The notes under the pieces are model-generated. The model saw nothing but the letters and a program-made list of their open reading frames with translations, had not been told where the DNA came from and made no database searches. 21,681 nt of DNA, taken from contig NC_057720.1 in NCBI RefSeq assembly GCF_004010195.1, positions 33,130,805-33,152,485 on the forward strand, in the 5' to 3' direction. The position numbers were made by a program, and so were the translations under genes. Origin of the DNA: Chiloscyllium plagiosum (Eukaryota). Below are positions 1-11,560 of the stretch, piece by piece; the first letter of the stretch is position 1, and every line of letters begins with the position of its first letter.

Positions 1-583
1 ATGATGGAGCATATTCTCAATGTGAAGACTAGTCTTCATCTCCACAAGGACTGTATGGTGAACACTCTAACCAATACTGTCATGAACTGATCCATCTGTG
101 GCGAGCAGACTCTTTAGGATGAGATCAAGTATGTTTTCCCTCTTGTTGTTTCCTCACCCAGTCTCGCAGCTACTCCCTTAGGACTCAACCAGCTCAATCA
201 GCTGGTGCTGCCATGCCGGTCTTGGTGATAGACATTGACATTTCCCATCCAGAGTGCATTCAGCTCTCTGGCCACCATCAGTGTTTCCTCCAAGTGTTGT
301 GAAACATGGTACTGATTCCTGAGCCAAGAGAGGACAGTATATGGTAATCAGCAGGAGGTTTCCTTGTCGATGTTTGATCTGATGCCATGAGATTTCATGG
401 GTTTTGGAGTCAAATGTTGAGGACACCTAAGGCAGTTCCCTCCTGACTGTATACTACTGTACTGCCACCTTTTCCAGGTCTATCCTACCTGACCAAGATG
501 ATGGTGATGTTTTTGGTATGTTATGTGTAAGGTATGATTCCATGAATATGACTCTACTATGTCAGGCTGTTGCTTGACGAGTC
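1..583 (-). mobile_element. LINE ORF2 AP-endonuclease fragment (CR1/L2-group-like), right-hand part displaced by a nested CR1 insertion
   Basis: Minus-strand reading gives ..LVKQQPDIV/VIFMESYL.. and ..WHQIKHRQGNLLLITIYCP.., which match APE motifs (PDIxxLTESxL; IxxYRPP). Frameshifted. Joins in frame to 2123-2603 once 584-2122 is removed. Confidence 0.75.
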
Positions 584-2122
584 AGAGAGACAAACAGCAT
601 GGAAACAAATCCTTTGGTCCAACTGGTCATGCCAACCATGTTTACAAGCTACACCAACCCCACCTGACTGCGTTTGGCTCATATCCGTCAAAACTTTGCC
701 TATTCTTGTACTTATCCAAATGTCATAGAGTCAAAAGCATGGAAACAGACCCTTGAGTCCAACTCATCCATACTGACTAGACATCCCAACCTGATGTGGT
801 CTCATTTGCCAGCAGTTGGCCTGCATCTCTCTAAACCTTCCTATTCCTATACCACCCAGATGCCTTTTAAATGTTATAATTGTATCTGCCTTTACTATTT
901 CCTCTGGCAGCTCATTCCAGACACACACTTTGCGTGAAAAAAGTTACCTGTCAAGTTCTTTTTAAATTTATCCCCTCTCACCTTAAACATATGTCCTACA
1001 GTTTTGAATTCCCCAACTCAGGGAAAAAGACCTTGTCTATTCACCTTATCCGTGCCCCTCATGATTTTATAAACCTCTATAGGGGTCCCTCAATCTCTGA
1101 TGCTTCAGAGGAAACTCCACAGACTATTCAGTCTGTCTCTACAGCTCAAACCCACCAGTCCCAGCAAGATCCTTGTAAATCTTTTCTGAACCCTTTCAAG
1201 TTTAACAGCATCCTTCCTATAGAATGGTGACCAGATTTGTATTCAATATTTCAAAAGTAGCCTCACAAATGCCTAGTACAGCCACATCATGACATCTCAA
1301 CACCTATACTCAATGTTATGACCAAACATGCCAAACACTTTCTCTACCTGCAACTTCACTTTCAAGGACCTATGCAACTGCATTCCTTGATCTCTTTGTT
1401 CAACAATATTCCCCAGGTCTTTTAAATGTTGTAACTGTACCTGCATTCATCACTTCCTCTGACAGTTTTTTCCACACATGAACCACTGTGTAAAAAAAGT
1501 TGCCCCTCATGTCCTTTTTAAAACTTTCTCCTCTCACCTTAAAAATATGGACCCTAATTTTGAAATCCCACGCCTGAGGGAAAAGACCCTTGCTCTTTAC
1601 TTATCTGTGCCTCTCATGATTTTAAAAACCTCTGTATTTCCCCCTCAACCTGCTACGCTCCAATGAAAAAAGTCCTAGCCTATCCAACTTTTTTTATAAC
1701 TCACTCTCCATTTCCGTCAACATATAAGTAAATATTTTCTGAACCCTCTCCAATTTAATAATATCCTTCCTATAACAAGGTGACCAGTACAATACACAGT
1801 ACTCCAGAAAATGCCTCATCAAAGTCATGTCCCTCAACATGACATCCCAACACCCATACTCAACGGTCTGAACAATGAAGACGAGTGTGCTAGATGCATT
1901 CTTAACCACCCTGTCTATCTGTGACCTAAATTTCAAACAATTATTTCTGTTCTACAACATTACCCAAGGCCCTAACATTAATTGTATAAGTCCTGTCCTT
2001 GTCTGTCCTCGCATTTATCCAATTAAACTCCATTTACCACTCCTCAGCCCATTGACCCAATTGATCAAGATCTCTTTGTAATCTTGTTGTAACCTTCTTC
2101 ACTATCCATTATACCACCAACT
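584..2122 (-). mobile_element. CR1/HER1-type LINE 3' fragment A (584-724 plus 1417-2122), itself split by CR1 copy B
   Basis: Starts with the reversed CR1 3' tail (..cagcatggaaac..). ORF 1694-1936(-) gives the CR1 ORF2 C-terminal motif LEYCVLYWSPCYRKDIIKLERVQK. atccaaatgtc (724) resumes as gtcttttaaatgttgtaac (1417). Confidence 0.85.
725..1416 (-). mobile_element. CR1/HER1-type LINE 3' fragment B nested inside fragment A
   Basis: Begins atagagtcaaaagcatggaaacagaccc (reversed tail). Colinear with the CR1 copies at 3725-4776 and 14460-14970. Confidence 0.85.
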
Positions 2123-2603
2123 GTCTAGGGAATAGCTCTCTCTCTCTTTGCACTAGCTTCACATATTAACAAGGAGCTCTTCATAGGCTTGGCAGAGCTG
2201 TTACTTTTACCATTGTTGTTTCTGGTGCCTTAATTGATGCCAAGTGACCTATTCGGTTTCATTTGTACTTTGAGACTTGCTCGTGGTTGTTATAATTGAG
2301 AGGCATGATAGGCCATTTTAGAGGGCAGTGAGAATTAACAACATTGCTGAGGGTCTGGAATCACACGTAGGCCAGAACAAGTAAGGACAGAAGTTTCCTT
2401 CCCTCAAAGGGCATTAGTGAACCAGATGGCTTTTTCTGACACTTGACATGGCTACATGGTCATCATTAGAGATTTAATTCCAGGTTTTAATTGAATTCAA
2501 ATTCCACCACCTGCGTGGTGGGATTGGACCTGGGCTCTCAGAATGTTGCTGAGGTCTTTAGATTGCTAGTCCAGCAACAATATCACTAACACATCACCTC
2601 TCC
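2123..2603 (-). mobile_element. 5' part of the LINE at 1-583: tRNA-derived head followed by the start of the endonuclease ORF
   Basis: Minus strand begins GGAGAGGTGATGTGTTAGTGA (degenerate A box), then GGTCCAATCC (degenerate B box), about 250 nt of SINE-like body, then ELLVNM*/LVQRERELFPR running into LVKQQPDI at 580. Confidence 0.65.
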
Positions 2604-3409
2604 AGTAGAAGTGAAACTGTAAAAGTGAAACCTGAAAGATTATTTTAAACAATGAAAATTTTGAAATCTTCTGTGAATCCATTATTGCTCCTGCTTTTCC
2701 TTTCCCATGCTCTCCATGAAAGATCATTTTCAATGTCAGATGTTTGATGTATTATATAAGAATTTTCTATTGAAGTTGGTCTTAAATTTCATATTTGCAT
2801 ATATATAGTGCTTGTCAGTTAAAAGGGAAAATAAAGGGCCCAATTCGGCATAAAATGCAATGATAACCCTCAGAGAGAACTGCTTTTCAAAACAAAATAT
2901 CTCACTCTTGCCTGTCGATGATTATGTTTTTGTTATGTCCAACCTAATGTTTAAGAGCAATCACAGAAAGTAAGTATTTGTCACAACAGTCTGGACTGTA
3001 TTCTGACACAGACCCTTGAGTAATCTATCGGTAATTTGCACTTCCTAATGCACTAATATATTTTGGTGAGATATATTAAAGGTATCGCCAGATAAGGATC
3101 CAAGTAAGTATCATTCACCAGAACAACTACAGGGGCTTATACTGTATTTCAGTGCTGTCAACTGTCAGGAATGCATAATTCTTCTGCAGTCACTGGGAGT
3201 TTTCAAAGCAGAGACAAGAACCTCCCCTCTAAATCATAAACATGCTGAACTGGCCCAATGCATTAATATGCTTCAATCATGATGCAGAATCATTTTATAC
3301 CTTACTTGAGACCTGCTGCATGTCTGTTGGAGCAGGTTCATTTGCCAAGGGGTGAACTTGATTTACCTTCAATGGCCAAGTCATCAATGTTAGAACCATT
3401 TCCATGTCA

Positions 3410-3718
3410 CAATCCATTCTTTACAGCCATTTGTGGTAAATATTTGACAGATTCACTGACATCTGAGAGAAGAAATTCCTTCTCATCTCAGTCTTAAGTG
3501 GGTCACCACTTGCCCTGGGATTATGCACTCCAATCCTAGACATTCCTCAAAGAGGAAGCATTTACCCTGTCAATTCCTCTGAGAACTTTGTACATTTCAA
3601 TTATGTTCTTTTAAACTCCAGTGAATAGAGGCCCAACCTACTCAACCTCTTCTCAAAAGAAAATCCCTCCATACCTGGGATCAAACTGATGAACCTTCTT
3701 TGGATTGCTTCCAATGCT
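3410..3718 (-). mobile_element. Old CR1 LINE 3' fragment
   Basis: Degenerate similarity to the CR1 3' region (gagaagaaattccttctcatctcagtcttaa; ctactcaacctcttctc; gaaccttctttggattgcttccaatgc). Confidence 0.65.
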
Positions 3719-3724
3719 TATTGA

Positions 3725-4776
3725 CTACAAAACTGGCTCAAAGGTAGAAGACAGAGGGTGGTGGTGGAGGGTTGTTTTTCAGATTGGAGACCTGTGACCA
3801 GTGGGGTGCCACAAGGATCGGTGCTGGGTCCACTACTTTTCTTCATTTATATAAATGATTTGAATGTGAGTTTAAGAGGTATAGTTAGTGAGTTTGCAGA
3901 TGACACCAAAATTGGAGGTGAAATAGACAGTGAAGAAGGTTACCTTGGATTACAACAGGTCAGATAAGTCAATGGGCTGAGGGGTGGCAGATGGAGTTTA
4001 ATTTAGAGAAATGCGAGGTGCTGCAATTTGGGACTTATACATTTAATGGTAAGGTCCTAGGGAGTGTTGCTGAACAAAGAGACCTTGGAGTGTAGGTTCA
4101 TAGCTCCTTGAAAGTGGAGTCGCAGGTAGATAGGATAGTGAAGAAGCCGTTTGATATACCTTCTTTTATTGGTCAGAGTATTGAGTACAGGAGTTGAGAG
4201 GTCATGTTGCGGCTGTACAGGACATTGGTTAGGCCACTTTTGGAAAATTGCATGCAATTCTGGTCTTCTTCCTATCGGAAGGATGTTGTGAAATTTGAGA
4301 GTGTTCAGAAAAGATTTACAAGGATGTTGCCAGGATTGGAGGATTTGAGCTATGGGGAGAGGTTGAATAGGCTGGGGCTGTTTTCCCTGGAGCATCGGAG
4401 GCTGAGCAGTGACCTCATATAGGTTTGAGGGGCATGGATAGGATAACTAGACAAGATCTTTTCCCTGAGGTGGGGGAGTCCAGAACTGGAGGGCATAGGT
4501 TTAGGGTGAGAGGGCAAAGATATAAAAGAGATGTAAGGGGCAACTTTTTCACGCAGAGGATGGTACGTGTGTGGAATGAGCTGCCAGAGGATGTGGTGGA
4601 AGCTAGTACAATTACAACACTTAAAAGGCATCTGGCTGGGTATAAGAATAGGAAGGGATATGGGGCAGGTGCTGGCAGGTGGGATTAGATTGGGTTAGGA
4701 CATCTGGTCGGCATGGATGAGTTGGACCAAAGAGTCTGTTTCCATGCTTTATATCTCCACGACTCCATGATTCTAT
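3725..4776 (+). mobile_element. 5'-truncated CR1/HER1-type LINE (RT domain to 3' tail)
   Basis: Encodes VTSGVPQGSVLGPLLFFIYINDL..FADDTK, LVRPLLENCMQFWS..RKDVVKFESVQKRFTRM and FFTQRMVRVWNELP. Ends in a degenerate (GACTCTAT)n tail. Stops and frameshifts present. Confidence 0.95.
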
Positions 4777-4782
4777 CTCACC

Positions 4783-5760
4783 TATATGGAAACACAGGAA
4801 CAGGAGTAGGTCATTCAGCCCCTTGAGCTTATTCTTCCATTGGATGAGATCATGGCTGATCTGTGGCCAAACACCTTTGCATAACAAAACAAAACCTCAG
4901 ATTTAAAATTAACAGCTATGAGGACCAAACTGTTGATAGTAATGCTGTTGCGTCTCACATCACCTTGTACTTTTGTAGCAAGATCTCTCCATTTCTATGT
5001 ACCATTCCCTTTGAAATAATGTCCATCATTCCATTTATCTTCCCTATTACCTACTGAACTCATATGCTAGTGAGATTTATGTATGAAGATCCCCAAATCC
5101 TTCTGTGTTGCAGCTTTCTGCAGTCTTTCTCCATTTAAAACACATTAAGATTCTCTGATCTTCATACCAAAGAACATAACTTCACATTTTCCCACATTCT
5201 ATTCCATCTGCCAAGATTTTGTCCACTTGCTAAGCCTGTTTATATGCCTTTGCAGACTCTATGTTTCATCATCACCACTTGTTTTTGCTCCTATTTTTGT
5301 GCCATCTGCAAGCTTGGCAAAAGTACTTTCAAATGATGTATCCTCATTAATATATATTGCAAATAATTGTGGCCCCTGCACTGATTGCTGTGGCAGTCTA
5401 CGAATTACACGTTGCCCTTCTGAAAATGCCCCTCATATCCAAATGCTGTATTTATTCATTGGCCATGCTCTACCCTTGCTAATATACTACTCCCAACATT
5501 ATGGCCTCATCTTATTAGGTAGGCTTAAATGCAATACCTTATCACATACCTTTTGGAAATCCAAATATATTGCATTTACCTATTCCTCCTGCTTGTTACC
5601 TTCTGAAACAATTCTTTAAAAATTGTCAGGAATGATTTCTCCTTCTTGAAGCTGTGCTGACTATGCTTGATTATGTTATATTTTTCTAAATGCCCTGCAA
5701 TTACATCTTTATGGTAGACTGTAATATGTTCCCAGTGTCCAATGCTAAGCTAACTGGCCA
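4783..5760 (-). mobile_element. Old, fragmented CR1 LINE
   Basis: Reversed 3' end (caggaacaggagtaggtcattcagcccc..gagatcatggctgatc) and antisense RT-region motifs (tttttgtgccatctgcaagcttgg = FADGTK; ccttttggaaatccaaata = YLDFQK). The middle part is uncertain. Confidence 0.7.
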
Positions 5761-5764
5761 ATAT

Positions 5765-5888
5765 GGGGTGCACAGGGTTTTGGCCATGATGTTGTCTAGG
5801 ATGGAGCATTGCAGCTATGAAGAGAGCCTCAATAAGCTCAGGTTATTTTCTTTGGAGCAGGGAATGTTGATGGTGGACCTGAATGAAG
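5765..5888 (+). mobile_element. Short CR1 ORF2 C-terminal fragment
   Basis: Translates to ..MEHCSYEESLNKLRLFSLEQGMLMVDL, matching CR1 SYEERLxxLGLFSLExRRLRGDL. Confidence 0.75.
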
Positions 5889-6044
5889 ACCTGACCTCCA
5901 TCAGGCACAGCAAATGAGGACCCCCAAGGATTCGATCTTCTCCTGAGCTTAGGAATACATGCCAAGTTACTTACTGACCCTTCTACAAGGCTCAGTGCCA
6001 TAGATAGTGAGCACTAACCAACACTGATTAATGAAGCTTTACAC

Positions 6045-6485
6045 CACCCAAGAAAAAGCAGCCTATTTGATTGGCAGCACACTCACAAGTATCCATACCC
6101 TCCACCACCAATGGTGGAGCAACAGTGTGCACTATATACAAGATACACTGTAGAAATTTACCAAAGATCCTTTGACAGTACTTTCCGAACCCACAACCAC
6201 TTCCATCTAGAAGGACAAGGGCAGCAGATACATGAGAACACCACCACCTGCAAGTTCCCCCAAACCACTTATCATACTGATTTGGAAATATATCACTGTT
6301 GCTTCACTGGGGCTCGGTTAAAATCGTGGAATTCCCTTGCATATGGTATTGTGGGTCTACCTACATCAGGTGGATGCAGTGGTTCAAAAAAGTAGCTCAC
6401 CACCACCTTGTCAAAGGCAACTAGGAACAGGTAATAAATGCTGGCCAGCCAGTGATGCTCACATTCCATGAATGAAAAACAAAAC
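6045..6485 (+). mobile_element. LINE 3' end (probably the same family as 1-583/2123-2603)
   Basis: ORF2 C-terminal motif ..LKSWNSL..IVG.., then gctcaccaccaccttgtcaaaggcaactagg..AATAAAtgctggcc..atgaatgaaaaac tail. The family link is recalled, not aligned. Confidence 0.75.
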
Positions 6486-7964
6486 AGCTTTATTGCAGCA
6501 TAGGCCATTGATGGCAATGTGCATTATCTGTTTTTTTTTCCCTTAGAAGAGAAGAGGGTTTAAAATGCTTACAAATGGGCAGCAAAAAGAGGACAGTTTT
6601 CCCCATTTCCACATCATGAATGCCAGATAGGAGGGAGTCATTCAAAGTTCTAGGGTCATGCCCAGGAGTAAATTGGGAAGGATAGATTAGAATCCCTATT
6701 AGAGAGGATGTAAAGATGTTGTGATTCATGGATGTAGTGGTTGCAGTGCACATATCTCTGTCGTTACAACCAATGTTGCAAGAGTGTGTTATCTATCTCT
6801 CATTTCACTACTCCACTGGTCACAACTTAAGCTTTAGCCATTGTCTAATATGGCCATTACTTTATCTACTTTCAGAATTAAAAGATGCATCGACCATTGA
6901 ATCAACAACAAAATTATTGATATATTATAAAAGCAATATGTGTTTGATGACACAAAGCTGATTAACACACAGTTTGAAATAACAAAATGTAGAATATTTA
7001 ATGTTTTAAATAAGCCAACTCAAATGCATTCACACAGGGACCAGTTAATGGAAAAATAATGAAACTTGCCCCTGCAGAGGTTAACTTTGAAAAATAAATA
7101 CTGACCAAATGGTTATTAATTCTCACAGACTGGTGTCCTTACACACGTGGATGGGCATCACTAATTACCTATAATTATCCTGGGATATTCTCAAAAGTAG
7201 TAGGTTCAGGCAATGTTAAGAGAAAATCTCGCAGAAGCTTCTCAGGAAACTTTTTTTTTAAACACACATGGTATCCTCAAATGGGTTTCATAAAAGGGGG
7301 CAAAGGTGGAGTTGGCTATTTTGCTATTTCCCAGTTGACCTCCAAACAATATCAAAATGCCAAACTCTTGACAGGCATAAACTCAGACACCAGTCTTCCA
7401 TCAAGTGCAAGCAGTTCCCCAGTCTGTCAACCTTGGATATTTATTTCACTTAAAACCTATAATTTCCAGCAAGTGATTTGAAATAAAGTGCTTATTATGT
7501 CCTTTCTGTTGGTTTAGGTTTAAATAATGTTTTAAATATCGACTTAGTACTTCAAATTAACCAATTTTGCAATACAAACATGAGTATTATAAAAAAACTA
7601 ATAATGGAAATACCTTCTTAACATTGTCTAATAACACAATGAAGACCCAGTTAAGGTAGAAAGCCTCAAAGCTCCTGTCACAGGCTCATTCTCACAATCT
7701 CTTATGGGCCTCCTGCAGGCTTTGACATGGAGGAGGAAGGAAAGAATCCTGTGTCTGTGCTAAAGCAAGTGCTAGAAGCAGAGAGATCAGAGCAAGTACC
7801 ATCACATCAACCAACACAGGCATAGTCATAATGGTGGGTTCTTATGCACAATGAAATGGCATGTTACTTAATGAAGGGCACAACAGAATTGTGCAGGAGG
7901 TATGGAGGGGAGGCAACCGTGTGCAGTCCTCCTCAGAGGATGCAGGACTGACACATTTAAACTT

Positions 7965-8166
7965 GGTGTGGAGGAGCCGGTGTTGGTCTGGGGTGGACAA
8001 AGTTAAAAATCACACAACACCAGGTTATAGTCCAACAGGTTTAATTGGAAGCACTAGCTTTTGGAGTACTGACAGCAACCACCTGATGAAGGAGCATTAT
8101 TCCAAAAGCTGGTGCTTCCAAATAAACCTGTTGGATTATAACCTGGTGTTGTGTGATTTTTAACAG
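7965..8166. mobile_element. Penelope-like terminal fold-back with a degenerate minimal hammerhead core
   Basis: 64-bp inverted arms 8002-8065 / 8101-8164 with 3 mismatches. CTGATGA at 8083-8089 followed by AGGAGcattaTTCC-AAAA. Flanked by TTAAACTT at 7957-7964 and 8167-8174 (possible TSD). Confidence 0.8.
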
Positions 8167-8269
8167 TTAAACTTAACCAGGCACAGATGCACACCCTCAG
8201 GATTGACAAGAAGGAAGGCTTTCTCTAGATTCACTTCTTTCTTCCCTCATGCACTTGAGTTAATTTTAC

Positions 8270-8720
8270 CCTGGTGACTGCCTCCTGCTTTGTGGATCCT
8301 ACTTACACAGAATGTTTGGCCACCCAACTTCCCATGCTGGCCCATATTTTAGTTGATCTTTTTAATGGTTCTTTTTCTTTAGTGTTGCCCTTCTTTACTT
8401 AAAGTTTGCCAACATTACTGTTCTCCAAAAACACTAACTTTTGACCCCACCGTCTTGCAAACTTCCTTCCCATCTTCAAACTCCCATTCCTCTCCAAAGC
8501 CCTTGAATATTTTATTGTTTCCCAAAAATGTCCTTCTTTCTGAGAACTCTATATTTGAATCCCTCCAGTCAGGTTCCTGTCCCATCACAATATCAAAATA
8601 GTTCTTATCAAAATCACAAGTAACATCCTATGTGACTGGGACAAAGGTAAACTCAATATGTCTGCAGCCTTTGAAACAATTGACCACACCATTTTCCTCC
8701 ACTGCTGTCCAACTGGTGGA
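8270..8720 (+). mobile_element. Old L2-clade LINE RT fragment
   Basis: Degenerate reading matches L2 RT: PIFKLPFLSKALE, FESLQSG, LIKITSNILCD, SAAFETIDHTI. Confidence 0.8.
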
Positions 8721-10063
8721 ATTCTTCAAAGGCAGGTCCAGCTTACAGTGCCTTGACTTCCACTGCAGATGGGGCAAGGAGGTAGATCTCAAATGTACTT
8801 CAGCCAAAAAAGGAACTCAACGCTGTGCTCTTTGCACCAATCTGACATTCAGACAACTGCCCCCTTCTCCTCTCCCCAATGTGGTAGTGATACTTTTACA
8901 TATTGTAGTCTGGAGCTATGGCTAGTGATGGATAAGAGCTCCTCTGGGTGGAATAATTCTCTTTCTATACCATCCTCATTTATCAAATTATAACCAGAGA
9001 TTCTCTTGCAGACCTTTCCTTCCTGCTCCTGTGTTACCTCTGGTTGTCAGTGACATCATCCAAATGCATTGTTGCTAAACTATTAGGCTGCTTATTCAAT
9101 ATCCAATGTGGAATGAGCAGAAATTTCCCAAATGTTTAAATTCCCTCTGAGGCACTGCAGAGTCAAAGGCTAAGAATGAGGAGTCAGTTCAGCTCTTGTG
9201 CACCACTACGACTCAGGTCTGCTAAGTTCCTCTACTAAGTGAGTGGCTAAGCTCATGGAGAGTGATTTGCATCAGTGGTTAGACTATATGTAGGAATTAT
9301 GCACTGACATGAACAGAGTGCATGTCTCACTCTGTAGCATTGACCAGTTAGGGATGCTGATAATGCAAAAGTTGCTGGAGTGGACACCAGTTGTGTCATA
9401 GCTAACATTACCCCCAGCTATCGAGAAGGCCTACCATGACATGGAAAGTCACCAATGAGGATAACACTACTACTACTAATGGGAAATCACCACCATCATC
9501 ATCACAAACTTCTTGGCTCCTCTGACTGAATGGTCGTTTATATAGGTAGGGTTACAGAGACTGCAACAGCATTATTGCTAGTGTAGTAAACACTGGAGGT
9601 GCCCCAATTTATACCACTATAATGAGAATTTTAGCTAATCAGCATGCAGTATATAGTTAACATCGAGAAGTTTCAAAGCTAGTAGGTGTATGTAAGCCAC
9701 AAGTTCCTTCCCCCTCCACCAAGACCAAATGAGAGCTTCTGTAAGTATCTCAGAAGTGGAGGCTGCCATATTAGGCAGAAGAGTGACTGATCCATATGTA
9801 AACATGTAAGGTACTTTTTCTCCTCTTCAACAAGTTTAAATACTGACACCCCAGAATTGCAAGCTTCCATTGTTTAACAGTGAGACATGAAAGATTGGGA
9901 AGACAGAGTGCAGTATGATTCATTTGCAACAAGAGTGGGTCCATTCAAAGTTGTTACTTCAATGGAAGGTTCTCACAGACAGCTCAAAATGACTTCCTGA
10001 TCATGCCATCCCCCTCGATTAGAGGATTTAGCTGAAATGTTCCAGGATCAGATGATCCCTGCT

Positions 10064-10130
10064 GAAAATGTGTTGCTGGAAAAGCGCAGCAGGTCAGGCA
10101 GCATTCAAGGAGCAGGAGAATCGACGTTTC
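10064..10130 (-). mobile_element. Short Penelope-like terminal fragment
   Basis: Near-identical to 14974-15036 and similar to 21552-21606. Ends at tcgacgtttc (minus-strand GAAACGTCGA). TCCCTG flanks at 10056-10061 and 10129-10134. Confidence 0.75.
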
Positions 10131-10134
10131 CCTG

Positions 10135-11560
10135 ACAGTGGCAAGCTGAACAGGTCCTTGAGAGCACTGCCTGGCCAGGTCACCTCCTTGTGGATCCAGG
10201 GGATCTCTTCAACATTCTCTTCTTGCTCTTCCACATCCTGCTCATCTTCTGGTGATATGTGTCATTCATCCTCTCCGAAGTATCATGTTACAGAGAAGGC
10301 AGAACAATATACATGACCCTTGAATTGTATTGAATTTATTGTCACGTGTACCGAGGCGTAGTGAAAAGCTTTGTCTTGCGAGCAATATAGGCAGATCACA
10401 TAGTTAAATAGCATATGTAGTAAATAATAGGTAAACAGCAGCAAAAACAAAAACGCAGGTACAAGTGAATGTTAAGAGTTTGAGAGTCTATTCAGTACTC
10501 TAACAATAGTAGGGTAGCAACTGTTACGAAACTGGCTGGTGCGTGCGTTCAGGCTTCTGTACCTTCTCCCCGATGGTAGAGGTTGTAGAAAAACATTGCC
10601 AAGATGGGATGGATCTTTAAGAATTCTGGTGGCCTTTCCTTGACAGTGGGCCTGGTAGATGGATTCTATAGATGGCAAGTTGGCCTTTATGATTGGCTGG
10701 GCCGAGTTCACCACTCTTTATAACCATCTCCAATCTTGAATGGTACAGTTGCCATACCAGGTAGTGATCCATCCAGACAGAATGCTCTCAATGGCGCACC
10801 TATAAAAGTTGGCAAGAGTATTCACCGTCACGCCAAATTTTCTCAGGTGCCTGAGGAAGAAGAGACATTGTTGAGTGCATTGCACCACCTGACTAGGCTA
10901 GGCACCAGAACAACATCTACAAATGGTTTGCTGAAAGTTGAGTAAATGAATAAGTTATGGTGCCTCAATTTCAGGGAATTGTAATAGACTGAGTACCTAT
11001 CTCTTTAAGGGACAATCCTTGTGCCCTGGAATCAGCCCACAGAGTTTGGAGGTGGAATAAATGTGACTTACCGGATTGTTAACGGCTGAAAGAGTTATGG
11101 CAGCTGCTAGGAAAATGTGCACATCTGTAACGTAAGCTCTTTTAGTTGTTGCAGAAGGCAGACTGTGGATGATGTCCTACACCTAGGGAAACCCAGCAGT
11201 AGAGGTAAAATCTGCTGTTCTTTGTGACTCAACCTTGAGGCGCCATCTGTCTGAAAGTAAATGTACTGCCCAGTTCTAACACATATGATATCAGTGACCA
11301 GTGAGGTGTGACAGTGTGCAGTCATTTGTGAGATGCCACCAAGATCTGTAAGCGATCCCTGAACTGAACCACAAATGAAGAGATTCAAGGACACATAACT
11401 GTGACAGCTACTGGTAGAATATGGTAAGCAAAGTCTTTGCCATCAAAAAATAAATCTCAGTCACCATCTGTATGGACAATACAGTTTTCTGCAGCTTGGC
11501 TCTCTGATATGTCCAGATATGAGTGGATGTTGTACTGGGTATATAGGTTTTGTTTCCTTC
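10135..11560 (-). pseudogene. Fossil PIF/Harbinger (HARBI1-like) DDE transposase, interrupted by a Rex1 insertion
   Basis: Motifs occur in the expected order on the minus strand: SYLDISES; HILPVAVTV; SLNLFICGSVQGSLTDLGGISQMTAHCHTSLVTDIICVRTGQYIYFQTD (compare HARBI1 ALGFYTSGSFQ..GISQ..VTEAL..FIRF); CAHFPSSCHNSF (ARxPGSxHD); KDCPLKR*VL (GDxGYPL); SGGAM; LCNMILRRG (LHN); acidic tail EDEQDVEEQEENVEE. Many stops and frameshifts. Confidence 0.85.
10320..10878 (-). mobile_element. Rex1/Babar-clade LINE 3' end
   Basis: ORF 10472-10714(-) ILKDPSHLGNVFLQPLPSGRRYRSLNARTSQFRNSCYP..RVLN is the typical Rex1 C-terminus. 3' UTR ends GTGACAATAAA plus a (TTCAA)-like tail. Confidence 0.85.

Noticed and set aside
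2793..2808. Octamer ATTTGCAT next to a TATA-like run (another at about 9265), as in immunoglobulin promoters
   Set aside because: No leader, V exon or recombination signal follows; expected by chance in AT-rich DNA.
2965..3110. Two GTAAGT donor-like motifs suggesting host exons
   Set aside because: No good upstream acceptor or recognisable peptide.
9463..9505. Short (ACT)n and (CAC/CAT)n runs
   Set aside because: Ordinary short microsatellites with no supported reading frame.
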